Assembly: GCA_010909165.1 (NCBI GenBank)
Contig: MU008219.1
Span: forward strand, 124,001-188,000
Reading direction: 5' to 3'
Source: Anthoceros angustus
Lineage: Eukaryota > Plantae > Anthocerotophyta
Length of the DNA: 64,000 bases
A program made the translations under genes and the position numbers. A model generated the notes under the pieces. It searched no databases and had not been told where the DNA came from. It worked only from the letters and a program-made list of their open reading frames with translations. Positions 23,395 to 35,689 of this stretch are shown here, in pieces (the first letter of the stretch is position 1; each line of letters begins with the position of its first letter).

Positions 23395-24540
23395 CACCGG
23401 GTTCCGTTCCGTCCCGTACCACATCGTTACAAAGCTTGTTCTGCATACTCCGGAGATACGCGTCTCCGTACAGGTTATACGTATCATGTGTACCGTAGGT
23501 GCAGCGCACTGCATATGTAATCCACAACCATGACCTAGCCTGGCTGCATCTCAACGGCAGGAGCTCCAAAAATCCATGCTGTACATAAATTCACTATATG
23601 GATGGTCGAGTAGACTCCTCCTAGTGTATTGATAGTCTTTTTAATATTTTTTATGAATTAATAAAATTTTAAAAAATCTTAAATTCTTAGATTTCATTAT
23701 GTGTTAATCATCCTATATAGCATCATGTTAATCCTCATGTTATTTTTTCTGTTTTATTTTAATTTATCAATCATATCATAATTATATATAGTTTATATAT
23801 ATATAACAATGAAGAGATCTTAAGTAAAGTACATAAAGATGTTGTCTTATCTACACTATAGTATGTGGAAGAAAACTGTCCAAAGGCGTTCGCTTATATG
23901 ACATTACAGTTTTAAGATGATGCGGGTCTATATGCGGTTTTGAAGGGCTAATTCAAATGCCTTGACATGAATTGGACTAAAAATTTTTAATAAAACACAT
24001 GTAACTAGGTTGAGAGCTTTCCTTGATTTCTTTTTTTAATAAAGATAGAGGCAATAAAATTTGCTATGTAGATAGAGGTCTATCTGTGACATCTGGTTTT
24101 CTCTATCTATGACATCTGGTTTTCTATTGTTTTTAATCTTTTGACTCATATTTTATACTTCTTGCCTTGCAGGCCTAATTCTCTTCTTTATTATATGCCT
24201 ATTCTTTCTAGGGATGCGGAAATCCATGGAATTGAGGCAAAGAATAAATGCATTAATGCATTGTTAGAAAAGAAATGTTAGCACAAATAAAATTCGATCC
24301 AAAGCAACTTTTCTAGGATGCGCATACTTTGTCTAAGCAAATGATAGTGTATAATATGCCTACTAGATACTATAGTGCCTTAGATGCATTGAGTTGTTCA
24401 AGCAAATTAAGAGCAAATGTGCTTTAATACCATGATGAGAATCTTAAAATTACTCCAAGTGTTGCTTTATGATTACAAAGTATTGTTTATATATAATGTA
24501 ATGTTTGTTGCGTGGTTATAACCTCTTGTAATTTTTCAAT

Positions 24541-24796
24541 GTGACCAAGCTTGCTGCCTCTTTTCTTGTTGGACATGAAGATACACAAAGTAGAGTGACC
24601 TACTTGCCAAAGAAATGAGGGTGCAGAAGCCAGAGGTACATTGTGAAGTACATTCTCGTGCTCGCAAATGACCAAGCTTGCTGCCCCTTTTCTTATTGGT
24701 CATGAAGATACACAAAGTAGAGTGACTTACTTGCCAAAGAAAAAAGGGTGCAAAAGCGAGAGGTACATTGTGAAGTACATTCTCGTGCTCGCAAAT
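24541..24796. repeat. Two-copy direct repeat of about 127 bp
   Basis: TGACCAAGCTTGCTGCC...CATTGTGAAGTACATTCTCGTGCTCGCAAAT occurs twice in tandem. Confidence 0.85.
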
Positions 24797-24837
24797 CAAG
24801 TCAAGAGGACAAGAGCTTGGAAGAAGAATTGGCGAAG

Positions 24838-25297
24838 GCGGGTATATAAAGAAGGCGAAGGCGGGTATATAAAGAAGGCGAAGGCAGGTATATAAAGAAG
24901 GCGAAGGCGGATATATAAAGAAGCCGAAGGCAAGTATATAAAGAAGCCGAAGGCGGGTATATAAAGAAGGCGAACGCGGATATATAAAGAAGGCGAACGC
25001 GGGTATATAAAGAAATCGAATGCGGGCATGTAAAGAAGGTGAACGCGGGTATATAAAGAAGGCGAACGCTTGTGTATAAAGAAGGCCAACACAGGTGTAT
25101 AAAGAAGGCGAACACGGGTGTATAAAGAAGGCGAACACAGGTGTACAACGAAGGCCAACGCGGGTGTACAAAAAAGGTGAACGTGGGTGTATAAAGAAGG
25201 CGAACGCGGGCATATAAAGAAGGAGAAAGTGGGTATATAAAGAAGGCGAAAGTAGGTAGATAAAGAAGGCGAAAGCGGGTATGTAAAGAAGGCGAAA
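24838..25297. repeat. Minisatellite, 20 copies of 23 bp (GCGGGTATATAAAGAAGGCGAA[G/C/A])
   Basis: Exact 23-bp periodicity from 24838 to 25297 with substitutions only. Confidence 0.95.
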
Positions 25298-26389
25298 GCG
25301 AGTAAGAAGGTTTAAGATCAATTCTAAGCAAAGAGAAGGCAGAGCATTACTTGCATTAAGCCTGAAGGGCATCCTCTCTTGACGTTCATATAAATTTGTT
25401 GTGGCACTTGGAAACACATGCAGTGGTGGAGAGGGCGGGGCGGTTTGGTATTAAAAGAACGGGGAGTCAAAGGTTCAAATCATGCAAAGGCTAGATCTAT
25501 CAGAGTAGCTACCTCGGCCAGCTTAGGGACCACCCTTCAGCTTCAAGTAGCTCCAACTCTGTATAATGGCCACCGGCCCTCGCTCCAAAAAGTCTTTGAA
25601 ACCCTTGCAGTACCTTTTCTTATTTGGATTAATCAATTTTTTTCCTCCGAAAACATAGTGTTATGCAAGCTCGTGAGTAGAGGAACGTTTCGTAAAATAA
25701 ACTTTTGTTGTAAAATAAAATCTCTTCGTAAAATAAACTTGTGAATAATAAAGCGCCCTACAAGCCTGCAAGTACCGGAGCGCTCCATAATGTAAACTCG
25801 AAAGTAGTAAAACGCTATGCAATCCTGTGATTATTGGACATGTGAGAAACAAAACCTTTCAAATGTACCCTACACATAATCTCAAATTATGTTGCACAAA
25901 ACAAATACAACTTACATACATGTAAAGCTCATTTCTAAATGACTCCAAGATTAGCTTTGCATCACTCTTTTCAAAAGGCCAACAAGCTAAATGTGGTCTC
26001 AACTCACTTAAATAAGAGCCACAATTGCAGGTAAAAAAGGATAAGGTCGGTGGTTGAAATAAGTTACGTGTTTTAAATTACTACAAATAAGAGCCAACAG
26101 CCAACATGTGCAAATAAAAAAAGGATGAGGCCAGTGGTTGAAATAAGTCGAGAAAAGCTCATCACGATAGGAAAATTTGATAAAAGATCCATAAAGTTAT
26201 GATGCGATGCGATTCGAAAGGGCACGATGCAGTCTTTAGCGGTCAGCGAGAAAAAATGAATAAAAGCTTCGACGTAGGATGCGGCATCTAGGGTCCTGGA
26301 CTTTCTTTGCAAGCGATCTAAAACATTTACAAAACTGGAGTCACTTGATGGGCCGGCCGACATATGGAGCTCAATCTATATATATCCAA

Positions 26390-26560
26390 ACGAATACACA
26401 TTTAAAAAAACATCGTGATTAAACATCCAATGCTTAGATCGATACTTAGATGGGGTGCCTAAAGGGAGTGGATGCCCGTGGTACAAGTAGCTTAGGCTCA
26501 CCAAGTTGTTAAGTACCAACATGACGAAAATCCGTCCTTAGTGGACTTCAATAAAATTCT
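26390..26560. mobile_element. Half copy (right arm) of the foldback MITE at 47987-48337
   Basis: Shares GATCG.TACTTAGATGGGGTGCCTAAAGGGA.TGGATGCC...CAAGTTGTTAAGTACCAA...AAATCCGTCCTTAGTGGACT..AATAAAATTCT with 48190-48340. Confidence 0.8.
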
Positions 26561-27172
26561 GCTTTTTTTTCTATGTATATCAACTAGGGCAAAACGGTCA
26601 CGTGCGGAGATGGAGCTGGCCTGGAGCAGGCCGCAGTTTACGCCCACAGATAGCCTGGTGGCTGCAGACAGTTGCAGGGAGGCAGCCAGGCTGTCATGTC
26701 GCCCGGGCCAGCTGCCGGGTCGCATATTCTATGTCATGTCGGATTATTACAAATCCCGCCCAAAATATGCGCAAACGCTGGCGCACCCGTTTCATTTGCT
26801 GCCTCTCGTTTCATTCATTCATTTTCCCGCGTCAGCGTTTTAGCCAACCCCCGCCCCCGCTTCAGCTGGCCTGGCCCCCCTTAAAGCCTGCCACCCACGG
26901 CCTTCTTCAAGAATCCCAGCTCGCCCAGCTGCCTTCTCCCTGCATTTCCGCTGCCAGGCCCGTCCGCCATCTCCAAGCGCATCTCATCCCGGTCTCTCAT
27001 CTCAACGGGAAACTGGGATTCGGACTTCCAATCCTCTCCCCCGGCATTCGGGAATCTCAAGCAGCCGGGATGAGCAGGCGGGAAGGCATCACATTCGCTG
27101 TTCAATCCGGCAGCCTGCTGCTGCTGCTGGCCTGAGCTCGAACAACCCATCTTCCAGCAGCTCCCTGCGGCA

Positions 27173-28177
27173 ATGGGGATGGGGAAATGGGAGATGGGTT
27201 TTGTTGGGCACTTGCTTCTGCTCTCCTGCCTGCTGGGTTGCCTGGTGGGCGGGGGGAGTGGAGCCGGCATTGTCCATCCCCCGGGCAGGCGCGCGGCCAG
27301 CAACGAGGGCGCCAGCCCGCTGGTGCGGATGACCTACCACATGGGCCCTGTGCTCACCGGGGACATCCGAGTCTACATCGTCTGGTACGGGACCTGGAAG
27401 GAGGCACAGAAGAGGGTCATCCGGGACTTCTTCGCCTCCGTGTCGGCTCCGGTTGCCTCGCCTTCGGTGCATGGCTGGTGGAGCACGGCGCAGCTCTACA
27501 CGGACCAGACCGGGCGCAACATCAGCGGCTCGCTCCGGGTGGCTGGCGAGCTCAGCGACCGGCGCTATTCCCAGGGTAGAGCGCTCACCAGGATCCAGGT
27601 GAACGACGTGATCAAAGCCGCGCTCGACGCCGGGCTACCGAAGGACGGCGACTCCGGGGCCTACTTCGTCTTCACATCCCCGGACGTGGTGATGCAGGAC
27701 TTCTGCCTCGCCGTGTGCGGATTCCACTATTTCACATTCCCGTCCATCGTGGGCGCTACGCTGCCGTACGCCTGGGTGGGGAATTCCGAGAAGCAGTGCC
27801 CGGAATGGTGCGCTTACCCCTTTGCTGTGGCGCCTTTTATGCGGAATGTGGAGCCCATGTTGCCGCCCAATGGGCAGCTGGGGATTGATGCTATGATTAG
27901 CGTGATCGGGCATGAGCTGGCGGAGATGGCTTCCAACCCGCTGGCTAATGCGTGGTATGCCGGGGACGATGCCCGGGCGCCCAACGAGATTGCTGACTTG
28001 TGTGAGGGCATTTACGGGCCTGGAGGGGGTGGGGGGTACCCGGGCGAGGTGTTGCATACTCATGCCGGGGCTAGCTACAACATGAAGGGTGTCGGAAGGA
28101 GGAAGTTCTTGGTGCAGTGGCTGTGGAGCCCCGTTCTCAATGCCTGTACTGGGCCCAATGCCAAGTTCACCTCCTGA
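27173..28177 (+). CDS. EXORDIUM-like / PHI-1 secreted protein
   Basis: Signal peptide followed by MTYHMGPVLT, VYIVWYG, GWWST, FCLAVCGFH, YAWVGNSEKQCPEWCAYPF, PPNG..GIDAMISVIGHELAE..SNP, EIADLC and KFLVQWLWSP. Intronless. Confidence 0.95.
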   Translation: MGMGKWEMGFVGHLLLLSCLLGCLVGGGSGAGIVHPPGRRAASNEGASPLVRMTYHMGPVLTGDIRVYIVWYGTWKEAQKRVIRDFFASVSAPVASPSVHGWWSTAQLYTDQTGRNISGSLRVAGELSDRRYSQGRALTRIQVNDVIKAALDAGLPKDGDSGAYFVFTSPDVVMQDFCLAVCGFHYFTFPSIVGATLPYAWVGNSEKQCPEWCAYPFAVAPFMRNVEPMLPPNGQLGIDAMISVIGHELAEMASNPLANAWYAGDDARAPNEIADLCEGIYGPGGGGGYPGEVLHTHAGASYNMKGVGRRKFLVQWLWSPVLNACTGPNAKFTS

Positions 28178-28413
28178 TGTTAATCTCCTAGTGCTGCTCC
28201 TCTCTGCTTTCGAAGTGACCAAACCTGCTTCCCTTCCAGGGGCAGGCCCCATTTCTTGTAACTTATGCCGGAACAGACTGTCTTCTGTGTCCGAGGTTTT
28301 TTGCTGCGCAGGCTTCACAGGGCCTGTGATCAGTCCGACTCGAATTTTGAGAGTCACATTCATGTTAGGCGATTCTTCACCACTTGCTCATTTTGGTGGC
28401 TGGGTCTTGGTGG

Positions 28414-28640
28414 GGTAGTTTACGTCAGCTCTTTTTTATGGGTCTTGCTGGAGTAGTTTACATCAGCCTGTTTTGATGGGTGTTGCTAGAGTAGTTTACA
28501 GCAGCTCATTTTGATGGGTTGTCTTGCTGGAGTAGTTTACAGCCTGTTTTGCTTGAGTAGTTCACAGCTCATTTTAATGGGTCTTGCTAGAGTGGTTTAC
28601 ACGAGCTCATTTTGTCGGGTTTTGCTCGGGCAGTTCACAT
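28414..28640. repeat. Degenerate tandem repeat of about 35-43 bp (about 6 copies) downstream of the EXORDIUM-like gene
   Basis: Recurring GAGTAGTTTACA..CAGC...TTTT.ATGGG..TTGCT. Confidence 0.75.
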
Positions 28641-30015
28641 CATAACTTGCCTAGGGGGGTTTGGTGTCTGGAGTACCTTGATGGAGGAAATCGGATGGTG
28701 CAACTCTGGTGTGCCTCGTTGGGTTGTTTCTTCCCTTCCAGCCATCATCAGATCGGCATGCTCGGAACATGACCTGTATTTGTATACCTTGAATGTGGCG
28801 ACTGTTCCACGAAATAATCCGGGATGAATCTGTGGCTACTACACTGTTGCACAGATTTCACAGATTTGGTTATGCTGCAGCTGTCAAGTGGCCACCCTCG
28901 TGCTGCAGTTCCCAATTTTGTTTCTCGGAATCCAGGTGGTGGCATTCCCGTGTCAACATTGTCTGCAACCTGTTGACCTACACACCCGATCTTCGAAAAC
29001 CCAAGCCCCCCATCGGCGCACAGTGCAATGTGCAGGGCTGCAACTTGCGGTTTCGGCCGGACCAGTCAGATGTACCAACCGAACTGTCGACTTAGGTGGG
29101 ATAAACGGGGGAACTTGATGTAATAAAGCGAGATGGGTGGTCCCATGTACATGTGGATGTCTGTACACCAGAACCGTGCTGTGTGAAAGATCAAAGCCTT
29201 TATAACCAAGCTTTCAAGCCGCTCACAAATCCCAACAGAATATCTAGACCGTCCTATGAATGGGAGGCCACTGTCCAACTTGAAATCCTTGTCTTTTCCT
29301 GGGATTCTGGCACGGTGAGAGAATGATAAGGGTGACCTAGCGGCTCCCGAAAAACGGAGCCACTACGGGGCGGGGACCCCGTGCACGGTCCCCTCACCTA
29401 CAGGCCTATGTGGCTCGCTCCACCGTTCCATCGCTCCACCGGCTTTTTGCTCATTTCTCCCTCCCCTTTCGTCTCTCTCCCTGACTCGGTGGACTTGCTC
29501 TCGCCGCGATCCGGCTTCATGGTAAGACTACCTCGGGTAATACACATACGGCCTCCTTTCCTTGGTCCTTGATGTGTTCAAAAGAATGGAAGACATGTAA
29601 AGTTTGCTCCACCCCCCAAATTGGGGTTCGGGCTTCCACCAACCATAGACCCACATCTCCATACAACAGCGTCTAGGTACCAAAAAGTTTATCTTGGTGA
29701 AAAGAGGTTATGATTATTGAGCGAAAACGTTCATTCATTTTTTAAAGCGTTTTTTTAAAGGTTTTTGCTAATTGAAATGCGGCGTTCAAACCCATAGCGC
29801 TATACTCCGCATGTTCATTTAGTCACACCATGCCCCATCCATGATTAGGCACCGCGACTACAGCACCACACTCTGCATGTTCATTTGGTCACACTATGCC
29901 CCATCCATAATTAGGCACCGCGATTTTGAAGGGTTGAAGATGATAGAACCGTCAGTCATACACTGCATGGTCGCCGTTCGTCCCACAAAAGCGTTTCTAT
30001 TTCAAAATTGATATA

Positions 30016-31637
30016 GAGTACTTGGCCCGATTCCGGACGGACCACAAACCGGAATTGGCCCCCACGCTCTGTAACTCGACATAAGAATCGGGTTTCAAAG
30101 AAACTCTAGCGTTCCTTACGCCATAAATATTGCAATATAAAGTTAAATATCTTTGATCATGATAGATTTGGATCCATCATATCAAATCATATAAGATACT
30201 ATTTTCTAGTCTAATTTGAGTATCTCCACATCCAGACAACATTGGGAAACTCAGTTTTGGCTATCTTAAGATATAGGAATTTAACGTCCTATGGCTGTTA
30301 TCAAGAGTGGTTTACCAAGTCCACACCACCATCAATGAATGTCGGCCTGCCTCTTAAAGTCCTCCTCAAAATTGCTGCTCAAGTTTTCCCGCCTTCTCCA
30401 CACATCTTCATAAACCCAAATTTAGTGAAGGAAGCCTTCCTCTTCTTGAATCCAATCTTCAGCTCTCCAGCTCATGTTGTTGCTGCCTGCAACACACATC
30501 AAACTCCCTCAGCCTCTATGCAAAGAAGGAAGTACTTGAAGAGGAAGTGCAAAGGAGAGTCGGCTATTTCATGAAGAAGGCGATATGGAAAATGCACAGG
30601 ATCACCTGCAGGAGGATGAAGTTGCTAACTTGTTATAAGCTGTAACTCACTGCAATAGCTGCAATTGACATAAACAAGGAGGGAGTTGAGGGCTTGTGTA
30701 AAATGGATCTTGCCCAAGTTGAGCAAGATCAGCTTCAGAGCTCGAATGATTTGGAACTCTTGCCAGCGAGATGGCCGCCCGTATGGAGGCTATCTTTAGC
30801 ACTATGGTGAGAAGTAGCTACTTCTCATCATCCTCCACGCACACTTCCTAGGAGAAAAGGTAAGGCCTTCCAACAAGCAATTCTTTTGACTAGCGAGGCA
30901 TTCATCTTGGTAGAGAGAGCAAAGGAGATGGAGATGTCTGAAAGGGAGGCATCTGAAGCAAGGAAAGCAGGAGAAAGGTTAGAAAGGCAAGCTGCAATTG
31001 AACAAAAGAAGATTGAAGTTGCAAAACGGAAAGCAAAGGAAGCAGTAACAAAAGCCCAGAAAAAAGAGATGGAAATCGCAGACAAAAGGGCTAGGAGGAA
31101 GGAAGCTCTTGCACAAAAGTTGGCATTGAGAGCTCAGGTTGCAGCTGAAAAAGAAGCTGCTAGGGAGGCACGCCAGGCAAGTCAAGCAGCCATAGCGGCT
31201 CCTATTTGCAATGAGGGGCTGCTTTTGTCGCCATAGCTAGACGAAGTGTCGGGCAAACACTGTGTTTGTTGTGTAAGGTTTGCCGTCTGGCCACCACCCT
31301 TTTATCTAGATGCACTGTGAGCTTGTCCAGTCCACCAGCCGTTTGTCCAGTAGCCGCCAATTACTGTCCGCATGCCCAGCAATTGTGTCCGGGACATCAT
31401 CGCGATGTCCTGTCTAGATGCCCAACTGTCCGGGAGAGCAGTTTGCAATTCCGAACTCTGGTCTTAGGGTTTCATACAAGCTCGTATATGTAGTTTATAT
31501 AAATTTTGGTTGATGTCTGGTACTTCAATAGGACCTGAAGAGAAGTATCCAAAAAGTATTTTTCTATATTTTTTGACTCAGTAAAATGCACACTATGATT
31601 TTCCACAATTGCTTGGCCAGAATCAGGCCAAGTACTC
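30016..31637 (+). mobile_element. Non-autonomous Tc1/mariner/pogo-like DNA transposon
   Basis: Terminal inverted repeats GAGTACTTGGCCCGATTCCGG / CCAGAATCAGGCCAAGTACTC (2 mismatches), each flanked by TA (30014-15, 31638-39). Inside is a decayed K/E/R-rich ORF (ILLTSEAF..E+K..) resembling pogo transposase C-termini. Confidence 0.75.
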
Positions 31638-31830
31638 TACCGAAATGAGAGCGCAAACAAGTTTGCATACACAACACAGTGTGCAAACCTATTTGCACAA
31701 AATGAGCAACAACATCCAAGTGCACAAGCCTATTTGCACAAAATTAGCAACAACATCCAAATGCACAACATGTTGACATACATATGGCAAGAAAATCATG
31801 CGCTGTTAGGGACAAGGAGGCCCACGTGTG

Positions 31831-32010
31831 CACTCATAGGGGCAAGAATGCCCAGGTGTGCAGTCTTAGGGGCAAGAATGCCAAGGTGTGTAGTCCTAGG
31901 GGCAAGAATGCCCAGGTGTGTAGTCCTAGGGGCAAGAATGCCCAGGTGTGTAGTCCTAGGGGCAAGAATGCCCAGGTGTGCACTCCTAGGGGCAAGAATG
32001 CCCAGGTGTG
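31831..32010. repeat. Minisatellite, 6 copies of 30 bp (TAGTCCTAGGGGCAAGAATGCCCAGGTGTG)
   Basis: Exact 30-bp periodicity. Confidence 0.95.
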
Positions 32011-32205
32011 CACAAGAAGCGCAGGCACGCGCCCTGGGCGCGTACCTGGGGCAAAAAGGTCCAGTGGGCATGAACCCATATGGTTCTTTCCCATTGGCGC
32101 ATTCCCATATAATTAATGCCCCTCTTTCCCCTTGGTGCATTCCCATATAATTAATGCCCCAGGTGCATTCCCATACTTTCATTCATTCAAGAAATGAGCA
32201 AAATA

Positions 32206-33250
32206 TTAAAAAAAAAAACGAAGCTCGGACCTGGGAACTCGTTGTAGGACACAGATCCAACCACTGTAAACTGCTCCCCACAGAGGGGGAATTGGTCCTG
32301 GACGTGCAACGACAAGGCTCTCAATAAGATGAATTGTAGAGTTTAGACAAACAGTCGCACTTTCCAACAGAGGTAGAGCCTGCGAAAAATTCACACCTGA
32401 TACGTTGTTGTGAGATAGATCCAAGTTCTCTACACGCAGCATCCGACAAATGTCAAGTATGTCCTGCACGCCCATGCGACCTGACGAAGTAAGAGCAGCC
32501 ATGCATTGAAAGCCTAGGATTGCAGCTTGCTACCCTTTTCAAAAATGTGAGCGGGAGGGAATGATCCCTATGAGCTGATTTCCGGGAAGCGATAGAACGA
32601 TCAGATTCTGGAATCGGCTGAGTTCGGAAGGTACTGGTCCAGTGAATTGGTTATCGGCAAGAAATGCGGTGACAAGACGCTGCAGACGGAGAGAGAAGTT
32701 GTGTGAGCATTCGTTTTTTCCCAGCAAGAGGAGAACAATTGTCGGCTACAAATTGGCTTATCGAGAACTGTTGTAGCAAAGAGACATCCCCTGTGAAGAA
32801 ATTTGAAGTAATATCGAACTTCTCTAACGAAGTAAGACCACTCAATGTTAGTTGGAAGGAAGCCACCTAATTGGTTCCCACTGACTTGGAGAGAGGTGAG
32901 CCGAGTGAGGTTCCCGTGCTCAGATGGACTATCTCCTGTGAGCAAATTGGCTGAAACGGAAAGACCCTGAGGACAATGCAAGGGTGATCGTAAGATGGCT
33001 CCAATATGGATCAGATTGTGTTACAATTAGCATCAAATTAAGAACTCCTCCACCATTTGGTACCTGGAGTCTGGACAGTTTCCCAAGTGATGCCGGCATG
33101 CTACCTGTGAGCGCATTGATGGATAGGTACAGCATCCGCAGCTCCGACAGGTCTCCCAACTCTCTCGGAATTGGACCTGAAAGAATACGATGGAATCACT
33201 CAGCATTGGATTTCCTGGCAGTGCCGAAGAACTGCCCCTCTCAGTCTTGG
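32206..33250 (-). pseudogene. Plant LRR receptor-like protein/kinase pseudogene fragment
   Basis: LxxLxLxxNxLxGxIP repeats spread over several frames: LSELRMLYLSINALTGSMPASLGKL, LTSLQVSGNQLGGFLP, LADNQFTGPVPSEL..LSLPGNQLIGIIP and LDLSHNNVSG. Confidence 0.85.
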
Positions 33251-34233
33251 GACGCTTTCCCTTGCTGGTCGGATTTGTAACAGTCGGGGACTTCCGCTTT
33301 CGTGCTGGCTGTTTCTTCTTCCTACCTTTGTGCCCATCATCTGCGTCCACCACACCAAGTTCAAGCTCCTGGCCAGGGGCCGAAAGCTCCTGCCCATGGA
33401 AACGAAGGGACATGGATTAGAAAATACACATGGATTACAGAATGGCCGGGCCCCTTGTAAGCCTTCTGTTTGTTTCTGCGTGGCTGCCACAAAGTCAATG
33501 TTCTTCAGGTTCTGCGTATCTGATGACCTCTTTCAAACCATTATCCGAAGCCGTCTGCTTGCCATCCTGCTCCGTTGGCAACATGTCGGTGGCTGCCACC
33601 AACATATCCAAGACACATGTTAGAATGAGCCCAGCCTCACCAGTTACGATATACCAAGGACCGAGCAATTGCAAGGAACCAGGAGCAGAAGCTCCACCTC
33701 CGACCAGACTTTGCGTTCTCCTTCCAAAAATCCTTCATATCATCTACGCCATGAGCCAGGGCCCATTTCGTCTCCTCCTCGTTCGGATACTTACCCCACC
33801 TCAAATGAAATCGCTTTAGGAACTCGGCAGCACTAGCACGACCGTCAGGATTAGTCCCGGCCTTACCATATCATGCTTGGCCACTCTGGCCTCCACAGCA
33901 GTCATCTGCTGACACCGAGGCCATTTCCCACAGCCTTCTTCGTATTCTCCACAGGCCCACTGGACTGCTTCTCGCCAATCTTCCATAGTTACGTCTGAGG
34001 GCTTCTCCCCCAACTTGCCCTTCTTGCGAAAAAGCTTGGCAGCTTTCCTCACTTCCTTCAACATGGTGAAGTTCCGTTGCACCAGGCACATCGAAAACCG
34101 GCTGTTGATGACATCCGAATTAGTGATTGTTGGAAACTGTGCCCGGATAAGTCCACCAGCTCTGTCCGGAGTGCAATGGGGTGCTTTGTCCAGAGTGCAA
34201 TCGGGTGCTTTGTCCAAGACTTCAGAATTTTGA

Positions 34234-34690
34234 CAGTACCAGATCCACAAAGCACTCCCTGTCTAAACGGGAGTTCGGGATGTGGGTTGTGTTCCTCGTG
34301 ATCAACTGGTCCGGTTAGGCGCAAGCACCTGCTCATCACGGAAACCAGCAGCGCCGGGCCGCAGACAAGGAATCCTCGCGAAGAACAGGTGATGGCCTGG
34401 GCACGTTCCAGCTTCCAACTCGCCATGGAAAGCTTTGCATTCAAGATTGCCCTCCTGATTGCACTTTCTCCTACGCCGTGTGCTCTCGTAGGTGGGCAAC
34501 ATGCCAGTAAGGCTGCCATCGTCGGAGTTCGATGGGCGGTTTTCCCACACAAATATCACCGCATGTGCAAAGAGCGGGGTGGCCACGACCTTTGCGTGTT
34601 CCGAGACTCTCTTACAAAGTTGTCACTGACGAATCGCCCACCAAGCTCGTGTTCTCGTGTGCCCGCAAGAGTATGGGATGCATGGGGCCT
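34234..34690 (-). pseudogene. 5' remnant (upstream region plus N-terminus) of the GT14-like gene; array unit 1
   Basis: Highly similar to 36950-37410 (MASWKLERAQAITCSSRGFLVCGPALLVSV vs MASSDLARAQAISSSLRGFLVCSPALLLSV). Truncated at about 34234. Confidence 0.8.
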
Positions 34691-35689
34691 TTTTAGGTGC
34701 AGGGCTGTTGGATTTGGCTTGTTCTGTACCACAAGCTTGCAAGAATTAGTTGACCACACAGCCAAAGCAGCTTGTCTGAAGCTGCAGGGGAGTACTGACC
34801 TTCCATCACAGCAAGTCGGTTGTCAGAGTCAAGATAGGCCAGGGTAAGTAAGGCTCTGGTGACTGAGGCAAAAATTCTTGCCTGAGAGTCAACCCAAGGC
34901 GTCCGATCGGACCAGCATAGAAGTCACTGATGGAAGGTTAGGCCTGACCAGGTTAGGCCTGACCAGAACTTCAAACAAAGAAGGATTCTTCCCAGGCTGC
35001 AGACGGAGACAAGCTGCACAAGTTGCAACCTCTTTTGCCCCAAGAAAGTAGTCCTGACACGTTTCATGTTTTTCCCTCAAATTTGTAACTGTCGCCAGTT
35101 TCTGCCTACCCGACTCCATTTTTTTGTGGGATGCTGCAGCACTTTTGCTTTCATCAACCTATGCACATGCAGGTATACGACAGTCGCAAGGCGAGTGCGT
35201 ACTTTCTCACAATGAAGGTATGTGACCACCACACATCGAAGCCTCTGTCCAGGTTTGGAAATTCCTGCGATGAGAGGGTTCCTCATCAGTCTGTGAGACT
35301 CTCAGATTGGCTTCTGTGTTGGCCGCAGAACCGATCAACAAAGTCATCTTCAGTCCTGGAGAACCTTTTCTGAACAATATGAATGTATGTACTTGGGCCT
35401 GGGGACAGACTGAGCTCTAAGCCTTTAACATGGCCGTGCTATTGTTCTGTCGTTCCCCTTTTGGGTACTCTATCTGCTGTGGTACTGTAAATCAACTGCA
35501 TGTTGGTTGTTCATCGCCATGAACTCATCATTGACGTCCTCGCCACTCTAGCAGCTCAAGGTACCAGATGCAGCTGCAACCAAGAAAGAAGAAGGCTACC
35601 GTAACAACAGGTCTGCACCCTGTAGCTCACATGTTAGACGCAGAAAGCTGCAACCTATGTACTAAAGTCATCAATATAATCCTTACTCG

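Noticed and set aside
24536-25417. Long minus-strand ORFs (293, 176 and 120 aa) and a CRISPR-like appearance of the 23-bp array
   Set aside because: The ORFs arise because the repeat lacks stop codons on that strand. The units are contiguous with no unique spacers, and there are no cas genes in this eukaryotic context.
31734-32150. ORF with GARMPRCVVL repeats
   Set aside because: Translation of a 30-bp minisatellite that is open in several frames.
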